A stretch of DNA of 64,000 nt from Phoronis australis (Eukaryota; Animalia; Phoronida). Each line of letters starts with the position of its first letter. Position 1 is the first letter of the stretch. Below are positions 12,686-24,258 of the stretch, in pieces. The stretch is from NCBI GenBank assembly GCA_002633005.1, contig NMRA01000249.1, forward strand, positions 502,890-566,889, written 5' to 3'. The notes beneath the pieces were generated by a model that saw nothing but the letters and a program-made list of their open reading frames with translations, was not told where the DNA came from and did not search any database. Position numbers and translations under genes: made by a program.

Positions 12686-14306
12686 GTAACACTTTAGGGG
12701 AGTTACGCGTCAACTTGGGAAAGACTACCCACCACTGAAGAACCCCGGTATATGATATATGACATAATGTGTGTGAGGTTTTAGTTAAATCGTGCTCTTA
12801 TTATTCAAATTGGACGCCAATGATGCACTATAGCAGGTGACAGAACCATTTTTGATTGAAATCACCAAAACAAGGGTTTAGTTTCCTATTAAAGACTCGT
12901 GCAGTGCTATTTACATGTAGGTCAAGCCCAAAACGCAAATTTAACTACATGTACATGTATATAAGAGAGGCAACGGTGATTTCAAAAAGTGATGTTGGCG
13001 TTATTGTTCACAAGCGCTTGAAAATTTATCGAGATAAATATCTCGTTCGGAACAGCACGTCCGAATATCCTCTCGTCGATGATTTGCGGATATTTGAATA
13101 AATAAATTCGGAAGTCAGACGAAGTTCAACGAATTTCCTCAACTCTTTAAGCTCAGTGAAATACTTTTTGCCGGGTACAAAATGTCAAATTGTATTACTC
13201 CAGGCGACAATATTGCGACCTTCTTCCTATTTTCCAGGAACCGGTCGTGTTGCAGAGTGCTTATTCTACAAACGGGCAAGAGAACAAAAGTTTCGACTTC
13301 AAAGAATAAACCTGTATCTTGCATCGTACATAGAAGAAAACACCATTCAAGTTGCTGTTCAGCAGAGAATTATTGCATTCATTGAACCTTAGTTATTTCT
13401 TAACGAAAAATCGAAATCCAGAGCATTGTCTGAAGTACGTGGCGTGATTTCTTACATTTATAAGGGATTTACAAAAGTGTCAAAACGGTGTAGATCCTCA
13501 ACTTCCTGGATCCTCGCTTGAGCGTTGCCAATGTCTAGTACCGTTGTGTCGTAGTCGAAGAGATGAATGTACATGTAGAACCTCATATCAGTGCAGTGTG
13601 CATGTAGTTAAAAATACCGGTAATATAACTTTATCCAAACTGCGTTTTTTCTAATTCCAGTCTTTAATACATGAGGTCTGGTAAAGCTAGCTCTCGCAAG
13701 TGTGTTTTTTTAAGACGCATTTTGTAATTATCGACAAAAATGGCGTTGAAATATCGTATATTGTAGAACTCTCGGTAATGCTTAGCAATGCATCCCTCCT
13801 AAGTTGTCAACGTGTGCACTTTGGAGAAAAAAACGATATTTATCTACCAAATTATCATTTTGAAGTGCTGTTTCATTATATAATAAGGCAAACAGTTTCT
13901 GCCTCATTAACCCTGATATTTGTGGGTAGTTATGTACGAATTGTAAATATGATTATTTTTATTGTTCCGATATCATGTATGCTGTCCCATCTGTAACCAG
14001 CCATGCCGTTTGTGACCGCCTTTCTTGTACATGTATGTGAAATGCAAAACGTAGTTTGAAAACGTCAAAAACATGACAAATGCAGTTGGGAATGTGACCT
14101 ACAATACGGATTTGGAAATGGTTTCTGCGTTTTAGCTTTGATTTTTTGTACGAAGTTTATCGGAAAATAAAATATTTGTATTATGCTGGTGTTACATGAC
14201 TAATTGAAACCGATACAGAAATCAGGGCATGTGTGATAATAGGAGCGGTAACGGCCACAAAGGTGGCGGTGGCATTAGGGCGACGTCGATGTCAGTTCTA
14301 CGTTTT

Positions 14307-14531
14307 CAGTAATGGGGGGCTTATGATTCGAGCGAATCCGAGGCGCGTAGCGCCGAGCGGAAGGAAGGTCGGGAGGGGGTTTCCACCTACATGTACCGTG
14401 TAAGGTTTTTTTGTGGTTTTTAGTACCTGGTTTTGTTTTTTTTTTTGGCGAATTTTTTTTTTCAATTTCTATTTTGATCTTGTCCCGAGGGGGGTTTGAA
14501 CCCCCTGAACCCCCCTGAAGATCCGCCTCTG
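14307..14531. mobile_element. MITE fragment ending in GATCCGCCTCTG
   Basis: Ends with CCCCCTGAACCCCCCTGAAGATCCGCCTCTG, the same TIR type. Its start matches the interior of 9337-9408. Confidence 0.55.
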
Positions 14532-15914
14532 GACTTCAAAGAAAAGGGATGAAGCCGGCTGTGCAACCAGTGAGTAAGATGTACTAGCTGTGTTTGTGCT
14601 TCTACAATGTACATGTAACTTGCTCTTACTGCGAATCCTGTGCACATCGAGTAGCTGGCCTAAGTCTGGACACACGTGATTTTCACACAGTAAAGAAATA
14701 GAGACACGAAGCTCCATTCATTTCACTAGGAGTCAGGTGTAATCAACTGTTTGAAAATAATTTTTGGCTTCAGGTTTATCAAGTATTCGCACCTGTCTTG
14801 TGTTCAGAGAAGTGAAACTTTTGTTTTTAATGATATTTTGTATAAAAGTTTTAACAGGCCAGGTGTTTATAACTTAATATAACTTTATACTCTATAACTA
14901 GTTAGCGGTGGATTTTTTTCAAAAGATTATTTTTACTGCTATATTGTCCTAACTTGTTCGTTTAATTTGTTTAATGTCACTCCCAATTGTTAATTTTGTC
15001 TGAATGCCTAAGACGTTTTTTATTAATATTTACGCATTTTATGAATACACAAACTCCAAAATTTCAACATGTAATGTTTCACCAAATTCATTGGGAAATT
15101 AAGCAAAAATGTGCAACTTTTAACGCGATTTTTTCATTTCAAAGTACACCTATAACTGAAGTGAAAAACGTTGAAAATTGATATCGCCAGGTGAACGAAC
15201 TCACAAAAGCTAGTTAAAGATAAATGTACTACAGCGCAGTGGTAACTGAATAAATGTAACAATATTACCATTAAACTCGTAGCACAAAACATCCAGAGAT
15301 GACAGACTAGAATCTTTTTCTATTTCCATAGTAAATTTTATGGATGGACATGGGGAGTTCGTGAATTGAAAAATAGGTCTGTTTTATCTACAGAGGAGGA
15401 AATCCAAAATGTGTCGTCAGCATATCTACGATGCAAATCCGGTTTGAAATCCATGGAGCAGCTGTCAAAGGTACCTGACTCTAGGTAGTTCGTAAATTTG
15501 CTTGCTATGTTACGCACCTCGTAGAGTCAACAGATATCTTCTTTCAACCTGTTGTAGAAAATGAGTGCTCTAACACAGTGTTAACATAATTGCCCTACAA
15601 TAAATTCGTGTGCTTTAGTCTGATGATGTTTTTAGAAATAAAGCGAAACGTTATGGAGTTTTTGCTTCGATTTCTCAGCATTTTTCCAAGTAACTAATAC
15701 CAATGGCTATTTATGCAACCGTGTTAAACAGAAATCAGGAATTTGAAAACACTCAACGAAACGTTGGTTGTCGGAGGTCTGGGGTGTTATGGTCAGTCAG
15801 AATTAACAGAACGCAGTACAAATGTAAAAGACGAAATGACGTAGTACAAATCATCGGAACGCAGTGGTCGTGGTTCCGATCTAGCGGGGAAATGCAATTC
15901 AGTACTTTTTCATG

Positions 15915-15966
15915 CATATAATGCGCGCCACCTCAAGACCAGGTACTACCCGCAACAGAAAGACAG
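15915..15966 (+). promoter_or_regulatory. Candidate TATA-like box and short non-coding first exon of the secreted-protein gene
   Basis: CATATAA at 15915-15921. A donor ACAG|GTGAAA follows 15966. An acceptor ATGTAG ends at 16141, just before the ATG at 16150. Confidence 0.4.
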
Positions 15967-16149
15967 GTGAAAATGCAACGCCTTTGAAGTCTTATATTAC
16001 AGAGCACGTTAAATTAACTTCGGAACTGACCTCACACGTTTAGGTTATTGAAAATGTCGCCCATCTGTTTTCACAATATTTTTTCGACACGAACTTGAAC
16101 ATCGTTACTACATGTATTTCAAGCCAACGCTCTGCATGTAGGATCAGAG

Positions 16150-18568
16150 ATGAAATATTCACTACTGCCAGTATTTTTGGTTGGTTTGGTAAGTCAAGTA
16201 CATGTAGATAACTTATACTCTTTACTGCAGAAGACGTGAGCTAGGGTTTTCATGTTAGGTTAATAACCGAAGTAATACCAATAGTTTGCTGAAAATGTTG
16301 TTCTAATATAGGGGATCCAGGGGGTTTGTGTTCTGACTAAAACGTGAATGTCTCTAAAGTTATATATCGGCTGTGTTAAGACTACTTTCGTTGTTGTTAT
16401 TTGTATTTACATGTTGGATGCAATATTGTTTAGATTTTCTTGATTTGTAAAATTAAAATGCTTACAAAGTTCAATAAAAAATATGCAAGTAGAATTTAAA
16501 ACGACCTTGGACTAAGATGGATTATTAAAATAATTAATGATGAAAAGATCCTCTTAAAATTTAAAACAGAAGCTACGATTTTCACAACATGTTGGACATG
16601 ACGTGCAGAAGTGGCAAAATTAGACAGCAGGTCGAGGCATAAAGACACACTCAGTCAGTTCTGTTTCAATGGGCAAAACCCTCCTAGCACAGTGCACTTT
16701 AGGAGGTGGTTATCCGCAAGATAAAATGACAGCAGAGACGTGGCTCCATGGGATATCCGTTAAGAGGAAGAAAAAGCAATGTATACCCGTTTCGTAGGTA
16801 TGAAGAAGAAAGGTGTCTGCAAAATCAATATGTGAAAGGACACTTAACGAGAAGATTTTGTCGACAGATCATAAGTCCCTTGTTTAGTCTATCGTTTCTT
16901 TTAAAGACAACTTATGACTTCTTACCTTCTAAATCGCATTTAATACTGTGAAACCTTGTGGACGACGAAGGGTGCTTTGACTGTGGATTTGCTGAAAGAC
17001 TGGTGCAAGTGATGTCAAGCTGTGTGTGGACGTTAAACGAAGGGAAAATGCAAGGAGCTACAGAAAGGTTTTGAAAGAATTTGTTCATATACTTGGAGAG
17101 GCATTCACAGAGGAAGGTTTTCCAAGGGAAGGTTTATCACGTATAGAGGACAAGGTGATTCCATATGGCATGCCACTGGAACATAACTTTTGACATTTCA
17201 AAATACTTAAGCCAGATTCACACAGCTTCTGGTTCACACAATTATGCGGCAAGTGGTCTAATATACGGATTGTTCTAAAACCCCTCGACCCTACACCCCA
17301 CATCCCCCTCGACCCACGGCACCTTCGACCCACAACGCCCACAAACCACAATCGCCTCGACCCACAACCTGCGGCAATAGATGTATCTGCGCTTTTTACA
17401 CATTTCGCTGAATGACTTTACCCTAAGACATACCAACCGCTAATCTGCTCAGGCTCAAGTCAGGTGGTAAGAACAGAAAGTGGCGCGAGAACGTGATTGC
17501 GAGCGTGCAATCGTTGTCACAGGAACAGTTCCACAAACGTTAACAAATGGCCTTGTACAACTGGAGAGAGTACGTTAACGTGAATGTACGTCATTTTGCA
17601 TTTTTATTATCTATGGTTTCATCACGGTTGCAGTCCCAGAAGGTTTTCCAGGAAACTAAGCGCTTTGTAATCAGAATAAGAATCCCGTGGTCGGTGCCGC
17701 ACGTGAGACAAATCAACAGTGCCGTTCCAAGGTGCAAATTCAGATTTTAACGCTCTGAGAAGGAGTATGTTGGGAAAACTCCTGTGCAAATTCACACGGG
17801 TTAAATTCAATTTGTTAGATTCGTGAGAATGTAGTTTTCAGCAATTTGTTTTGTAGCTATGTGCCTTAGGAGATCCAGCGAGTTTACTGAGCAGACATTC
17901 CCGAGGTTTGACTGCCCACAACGTGACAATAGTTGTACCACTCAAGATCAAGCACCCACCGAAGATGGTGTGCAACGTTTCTTACAGCGTATACTACAAT
18001 GGAGTCCTCGAAGTTTCAAATCCGATGTCCAATGACGTTGCAGTGATTGTCGTCAACAGGTAAGGGAGTTGCACCACAGCCATGGAGCAGAAGCCTTCGG
18101 ACGGTCTGCGAATTGAAATTCCTTCATGCAGTAAAAAGTTATGACATGTTTTGTAATGTGTTACAATTGTATATTTTTATTTAAAATACACTATCCAGGT
18201 GGGCCATTTCTATACAAGGGGTTTGAAATTATAAAAATGTTCAACAATTTGGCGCTTTCTGCGAATGAAATGTGATTACTCTTGCACACATTCGCAAAGT
18301 TGAAAAATGATGCATTTCCGATACGTTTATGTCAGTTGATTTCAAACTTATCATCTCCAGAATGTGGGATACACTCGGCTACCATGGTAACGAAACAAAG
18401 CATTACACCATTGCAGCAGGAGAAATAGTCGACATTGTTGTATTCTTTAAAATGGAAGTGAAATATAACTCGGACGTTTGGATCAAATATAAAGCGAGTA
18501 CAGACATCACCGTCAGCGGAGAGACGACGCCTTTCTTCACCAAAGTGGATCCCCACATAACTTGCTAA
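16150..18568 (+). CDS. Uncharacterised small secreted protein, 149 aa (signal peptide, putative RHSR propeptide site, beta-strand-rich mature domain)
   Basis: join(16150-16188,17857-18059,18361-18568), 450 nt. Donors GTAAGT and GTAAGG, acceptors TTTTGTAG and CTCCAG; phases 0 and 2 match. Protein: MKYSLLPVFLVGL/LCALGDPASLLSRHSRGLTAHNVTIVVPLKIKHPPKMVCNVSYSVYYNGVLEVSNPMSNDVAVIVVNR/MWDTLGYHGNETKHYTIAAGEIVDIVVFFKMEVKYNSDVWIKYKASTDITVSGETTPFFTKVDPHITC-stop. AATAAA at about 18637. Confidence 0.75.
17281..17375. repeat. Short degenerate (C/T)TCGACCC repeats, likely a MITE interior
   Basis: TCGACCC occurs four times within about 90 bp. Confidence 0.5.
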
Positions 18569-19124
18569 GAAGTGTGATCAAGGGTGAACATCAACGGATT
18601 TACAACCAATGTCACAGTAGTGTTTATTCCTTTGAAATAAATCAAATATTTGATATGGGCTTGTTTACTGCATAATAATTTTATGGAGTACTTCACTGGT
18701 ACAACGAGCTCTACAGTCGACGTCTCAAAATGGCCAACTTCCTATAGTCGTCTCCGGACTTGGGTTTCGAGAGGTAGCTTTTCCCGAATATACATGTGCA
18801 AGTAAGCGCAGTAGAATGACCACACCAGTCAATAGGCACCAACTCTATCCCCGGTCGCCACCAATTTCCCCCGCCTTCTCTCCCATATCATACATGTATG
18901 TCTTCGTATTTTTTCATTGTACATGTATGTTCTGCTGCCCGATTTGTTTCATGCACTGACCGAACTTAACTCAATTTCTGCCCGAATCTGGGCAAAAACT
19001 ACCATGCTAGCGACATTGTGTAACTTGAAACCAATTTTAAATAAGCACTTGGCTTCTTCTTAGCTCTCAAAGTTGAATTCTCAAACAAAGCGCCTCTAGG
19101 TTGAGAAACAATACCACGCCTATC

Positions 19125-20085
19125 CAATCTTTAATTGTTGCCGGAAGACTGGCAGCTCAGGTACTGTGTACATGTACTTGCGTCATTTTCGAATTTGCAT
19201 TTGTTACCTTTCTGGAGTCAGTGATGGATTCGATGGTCTTTTTGATAACGGAAATAGAATCCTTGCTCGGCAAGGAATATAACTAAAAGATAAAGCCGAT
19301 TTAATGAAATTAGAGGACATGATTCGACTTCAACCAACTAAACGGCAAAATGCAACTTAAGCTTCCAGCAAATTTTCATTTTGGCAAAAATGTAAAACGT
19401 ACAAGGGTTACTAAAAAGTCACCTCTTAACAAATTAATTATTGAAATTTCGTTGTAGGGTGTCAGTACTATATTTTATCGACTTTATGCTTATAGTCCCT
19501 TGTTTATTGCTGTTTGCGTCGGCCAGATCTGTTGCGGTAAAATTAGAGGTAAGTAGGCGCCCAAAGCCCACCGTATCACCATGAGCATTGAACGTAACTT
19601 ACGGTGGGTTGAGGTGGTACGTTCAAATAACAAAATGTGGTTGGCTGCGCCTACGTGCGCCTACGCCCCAACTGAGCACTAGCGTAGGCGCGGATATCAA
19701 GTACCTCATATTTTAGAAAACTGGCTTCTGCAGAAACAGAAAAAAAATTTTTTTCTTATATACGTTATTTTAATGCCCATCGTGTTTTTGCTGCAGTAAG
19801 AGGAAATATAAGAGTTCATTGGCTTTGGTTTTGAGTTGCACTAGGGAAATTTGGCCTTCTCAAACGCACTTGTTTCAATTTCACGATTATTCCATTGCAT
19901 GTTGCAAGACGGCGATTATTCATTGTGGTCGCTAGCCTTGGTTTCCGCGAAAGTTGGGCAGCTGTCCGTGACTACAGTTGGCAATTTGTAATACCATAAC
20001 AACTATGATCAACGAATTTTATTGTTGTATAGGCCGATCAGGTCATATCTCAAACTTTAAGAAGCTTGTACATTCGACATTAATC
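19125..20085 (+). repeat. ~960 bp segment X, copy 1
   Basis: Roughly 97% identical by eye (about 30 differences) to 23061-24026. Confidence 0.95.
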
Positions 20086-20380
20086 CCAAGAAATGCATTT
20101 TCAGCTGTATAGTACTTCTTCATCGTCATCGTCTCTCCGTTCTCAAAATTATGTTGACCGCGCTCTGCGGGTCAAAAATGGCGCATTTCAAAGTTTGAAA
20201 GTGAACAGAAAGATTTAAGCTGCAAGCTAAAAATATTAACACCTGCAGAGAGCTCTACGCTCAATGGCTTAATGCTCAAGGCCTATGCCGTGCATGAATT
20301 CGCCTCCCCTCCCCCACCCGGCAGCGCCGGGAGCCCCGGCACCCCTCGCAGTTGGGGGTATGCCGCGCGCATATGCTAGT

Positions 20381-20462
20381 GGGCGCACCCCGAGGTGCCA
20401 AATGTCTGGGAGAATTTTAGGGGAGACATGGCCCCCTTGCCCCCTCCCTAAATCCGCCACTG
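20381..20462 (-). mobile_element. MITE half-copy of the same family, within a GC-rich repeat
   Basis: ...TTTTAGGGGAGACATGGCCCCCTTGCCCCCTCCCTAAATCCGCCACTG aligns in reverse with 63320-63400. Confidence 0.65.
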
Positions 20463-20601
20463 CGTTTCCGGTGATCCGGACGTGGTGCACCCGCCTTGTT
20501 CACTGAGTGGTGCCCCGGCGGCCACTCCGGCGGTGACATAGGGGTTAACTGGATAGCTGGCTCCGTAAACTATTTTTGAGCGGACTCTCAAAGTCCTCCA
20601 T

Positions 20602-21412
20602 CATAGGCGGATTTAGGGGGGCCCAGGGCCCCCCCCCTTGGCTGCCGGAAAAAAATAAAACAGCAAGAGCGTAGGGAAATGTTGAGTTAATTAATTAACN
20701 NNNNNNNNNNNNNNNNNNNNNNNNNNNNNNNNNNNNNNNNNNNNNNNNNNNNNNNNNNNNNNNNNNNNNNNNNNNNNNNNNNNNNNNNNNNNNNNNNNNN
20801 NNNNNNNNNNNNNNNNNNNNNNNNNNNNNNNNNNNNNNNNNNNNNNNNNNNNNNNNNNNNNNNNNNNNNNNNNNNNNNNNNNNNNNNNNNNNNNNNNNNN
20901 NNNNNNNNNNNNNNNNNNNNNNNNNNNNNNNNNNNNNNNNNNNNNNNNNNNNNNNNNNNNNNNNNNNNNNNNNNNNNNNNNNNNNNNNNNNNNNNNNNNN
21001 NNNNNNNNNNNNNNNNNNNNNNNNNNNNNNNNNNNNNNNNNNNNNNNNNNNNNNNNNNNNNNNNNNNNNNNNNNNNNNNNNNNNNNNNNNNNNNNNNNNN
21101 NNNNNNNNNNNNNNNNNNNNNNNNNNNNNNNNNNNNNNNNNNNNNNNNNNNNNNNNNNNNNNNNNNNNNNNNNNNNNNNNNNNNNNNNNNNNNNNNNNNN
21201 NNNNNNNTTTTTTCTTCTTTTTCTTTTTCTTTGCCTTTTTTCTTGGATAATACTTCAGGAATCAAGGAAAATGCTTGATTTTTAGAGGAAAAAACAGACA
21301 AATTTTCCTACCACCCCCATTCGGTGCCATGCGCATCTAATCGTGCTTTGTATAAATGTTTTCACACAACATGTTGGGCCCCCACCCTTGTGATATCCTA
21401 GATCCGCCACTG
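20602..21412. mobile_element. MITE-like element spanning the assembly gap
   Basis: CATAGGCGGATTTAGGGGGG lies left of the gap and CCTAGATCCGCCACTG right of it, with T-rich low-complexity sequence at the gap edge. Confidence 0.5.
20700..21207. other. Assembly gap (508 N)
   Basis: Run of N. Confidence 1.
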
Positions 21413-21499
21413 GTCGATTTCCACATGTTGTTTGAATTTTGTTGATTCTTGACCTGTGGACGAGACGCCGGTGGCAGTCTTGCTAAGTTTGTAGCCGGT

Positions 21500-21654
21500 T
21501 AAAGTCAAGGAGTTTTGTGGAGACTGAGACGACCCCCGGGGTCTCGCTACCCCCCGGAAGTGAAATTGCGGACTGCTTTTGGACAGACGAAGCGCCACCT
21601 GTCGTATGTTGATATGTTTCCCGAGTGAAATCAATATGGCGGTCGCTGGTAAGT
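21500..21654 (+). promoter_or_regulatory. CpG-rich promoter and non-coding first exon, probably of the CCDC17-like gene
   Basis: ETS/GABP motif CCGGAAGTG at 21554-21562, YY1-type AATATGGCGG at about 21633-21642, strong donor CTG|GTAAGT after 21648, local CpG enrichment. Confidence 0.55.
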
Positions 21655-22833
21655 TTTTAAAGTTTTGACAAAATTTAATTAGGCCTACGTCAAACCAGCC
21701 GATATTTTTTTGTTCAACGCCTTGTCTAAAAAGGTAACTAGTCTTTTTATTTTCTTTTCGGTGTGTTTGATTCATTTTCAATGGTTTGGTTTCCCCGGTT
21801 CACTTTAGTTTCGAATGCGCCTTGGCTGAAGGGAGTGAGAAGCCGTGAGGGTGAGGTTTGAGCCAAATAAGCCTAATGAAGTTTTAGGTCTGAGTTGAGT
21901 TTTGAACCGACTAGCAGATTGAATATTGAATGAGAAATTTGCATTTGCGAAATTTACTTTTGCTTTCTAAAAATGTTCTCTATCCCATGCTTAGTTGAGA
22001 ATCCGTGAATTATTTAATACGGCAATAGCAAAAACTAACTGATTAAGTAGCCATTACAAGTACATTAGTTAGATGACCCTGACTTTTTCAAATGATTTAC
22101 AGTTGGTCCTGTATGTTCAGGCTTATACTGTTTACAATCCGACTCTATTAACGTATATACTTGATGGTATTAATTTCTGAGTCCTCTATAGTCACGGTGA
22201 TTCCAAAAGTGTTCGTTTCTTATTCATGATTTCCGAGTTTTTCCAAGGCATTCATTTGCAACGCGGGTTTGGTGAGGCAGCATTTTTAAAAGTGTAACAC
22301 CTTTTTTCAGGATTGATAAGTAACGGTTAATCTAGAGTGAAGTTGGTTCGATGCAGAATGTGTTTTGTGTTCGCGTATTAGTTATCTTATTACCTAATTT
22401 TACTTGTTTGAAACAATTTTTGTCTCTGAGACATCACATGTCTGCCATAACACAAAACACGAAATCATGTCTGCGAGATGTCAAGAGCTTTTGAGGATGC
22501 TTGTTTTCCGTGAGGGTCACATGCAATCTTGTGTTTCTTCTTAATAAGAAGTTTTGAAAAGGCGGGTTTGTGGTCAGGCTTTCAAACTGACACTATGACT
22601 TAAACTCTATCTAGCTATGATGCCCTGCAACATTTGGATGCTCTGTTCATTATTTGGTCACCCAAGTAAACCAAGCGGGAAGTCATTGGTGTCTTATTTA
22701 ATTGTCCAGAATAAAAAAGTTTGTAATTCAGATGTGATGTAAGGTAAGATGAGATTTATTGCAGACCTATGTCGTCACAGTAACAGTAAACACACATAAG
22801 ACCAATTTGACTTTTGGTCATATTAAAACTCGG

Positions 22834-23061
22834 TCACAATCATTGTTCGAATAATAGCCTGACAAATATTGGAGAACCTGGCTTTTTGGATGCTCAGTCC
22901 TAGCTCCTTTGCAGAGGCTTGTAGCCAGGTAAGTTAATTTTCTAATGTTATAAGCAACATTCAGTTCATGATTTTAAATGTTCTAATCTATTGCTCAATT
23001 ACAGACACTCAGTAAAGTCCATATCTCATGAATTCAATGTAAAGCCTGAGCCTGCAAAATC
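22834..23061 (+). repeat. 228-bp direct repeat A, copy 1 (contains a donor, a 76-nt intron and an acceptor)
   Basis: Matches 24025-24252 except for one substitution (ACACTC vs ACACAC). Confidence 0.95.
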
Positions 23062-24026
23062 AATCTTTAATTGTTGCCGGAAGACTGGCAGCTCAGGTAC
23101 TTTGTACATGTATGTACTTGCGTCATTTTCGAATTTGTATTTGTTACCTTTCTGGAGTCACAGTGATGGATTCGATGGTCTTTTTGGTAACGGAAATAGA
23201 ATCCTTGATCGGCAAGGAATATAACTAAAAGATAAAGCCGATTTAATGAAATTAGAGGACATGATTCGACTTCAACCAACTAAATGGCAAAATGCAACTC
23301 AAGCTTCCAGTAAATTTTCATTTTGACAAAAATGTAAAACGCACAAGGGTTCCTAAAAAGTCACCTCTTAACGAATTAATTATTGAAATTTCGTTGTACG
23401 TTGTCAGTACTATATTTTATCGACTTTATGCTTATAGTCCCTTGTTTATTGTTGTTTGTGTCGGCCAGATCTGTTGCGGTAAAATTAGAGGTAAGTAGGC
23501 GCCCAAAGCCCACCGTATCACCATGAGCATTGAACGTAACTTACGGTGGGTTGAAGCGCTACGATCAAATAACAAAATGTGGTTGGCTGCGCCTACGTGC
23601 ACCTACGCCCCACTTCAGCACTAGCGTAGGCGCGGATATCAAGTACCTCATATTTTAGAAAACTGGCTTCTGCAGAAACAGATAAAATTTTTTTTCTTAT
23701 ATAGGTTATTTTAATGCCCATCGTGTTTTTGCTGCAGTAAGAGGAAATATAAGAGTTCATTGGCTTTGGTTTTGAGTTACACTAGGGAAATTTGGCCTTC
23801 TCAAACGCACTTGTTTCAATTTCACGATTATTCCATTGCATGTTGCAAGACGGCGATTATTCATTGTGGTCGCTAGCCTTGGTTTCCGCGAAAGTTGGGC
23901 AGCTGTCCGTGACTACAGTTGGCAATTTGTAATACCATAACAATTATGATCAACGAATTTTATTGTTGTATAGGTCGATCAGGTCATATCTCAAACTTCA
24001 AGAAGCTTGTACATTCGACATTAATC
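23061..24026 (+). repeat. ~960 bp segment X, copy 2, inserted between two 228-bp direct repeats
   Basis: Direct repeat of 19125-20085. Confidence 0.95.
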
Positions 24027-24252
24027 ACAATCATTGTTCGAATAATAGCCTGACAAATATTGGAGAACCTGGCTTTTTGGATGCTCAGTCCTAGCTCCTT
24101 TGCAGAGGCTTGTAGCCAGGTAAGTTAATTTTCTAATGTTATAAGCAACATTCAGTTCATGATTTTAAATGTTCTAATCTATTGCTCAATTACAGACACA
24201 CAGTAAAGTCCATATCTCATGAATTCAATGTAAAGCCTGAGCCTGCAAAATC
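24025..24252 (+). repeat. 228-bp direct repeat A, copy 2 (5' UTR of the CCDC17-like gene)
   Basis: Runs into the ATG at 24259. Donor after 24119, acceptor before 24196. Confidence 0.95.
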
Positions 24253-24258
24253 GTCGTC

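Noticed and set aside
18378-18391. RFX X-box-like GCTACCATGGTAAC as a ciliary enhancer for CCDC17
   Set aside because: It lies inside a coding exon of the orphan gene, about 3 kb from the promoter and across an assembly gap; no independent support.
20686-20699. Perfect palindrome GTTAATTAATTAAC beside the gap
   Set aside because: Low-complexity AT sequence at a contig end; cannot be told apart from repeat interior or an artefact.
20687-21301. 204-aa ORF in the track
   Set aside because: Artefact of translating through the N gap.
21398-21781. 127-aa minus-strand ORF over the promoter
   Set aside because: No recognisable motifs; it starts at a non-ATG codon, overlaps a MITE end and sits in a stop-poor GC-rich region.
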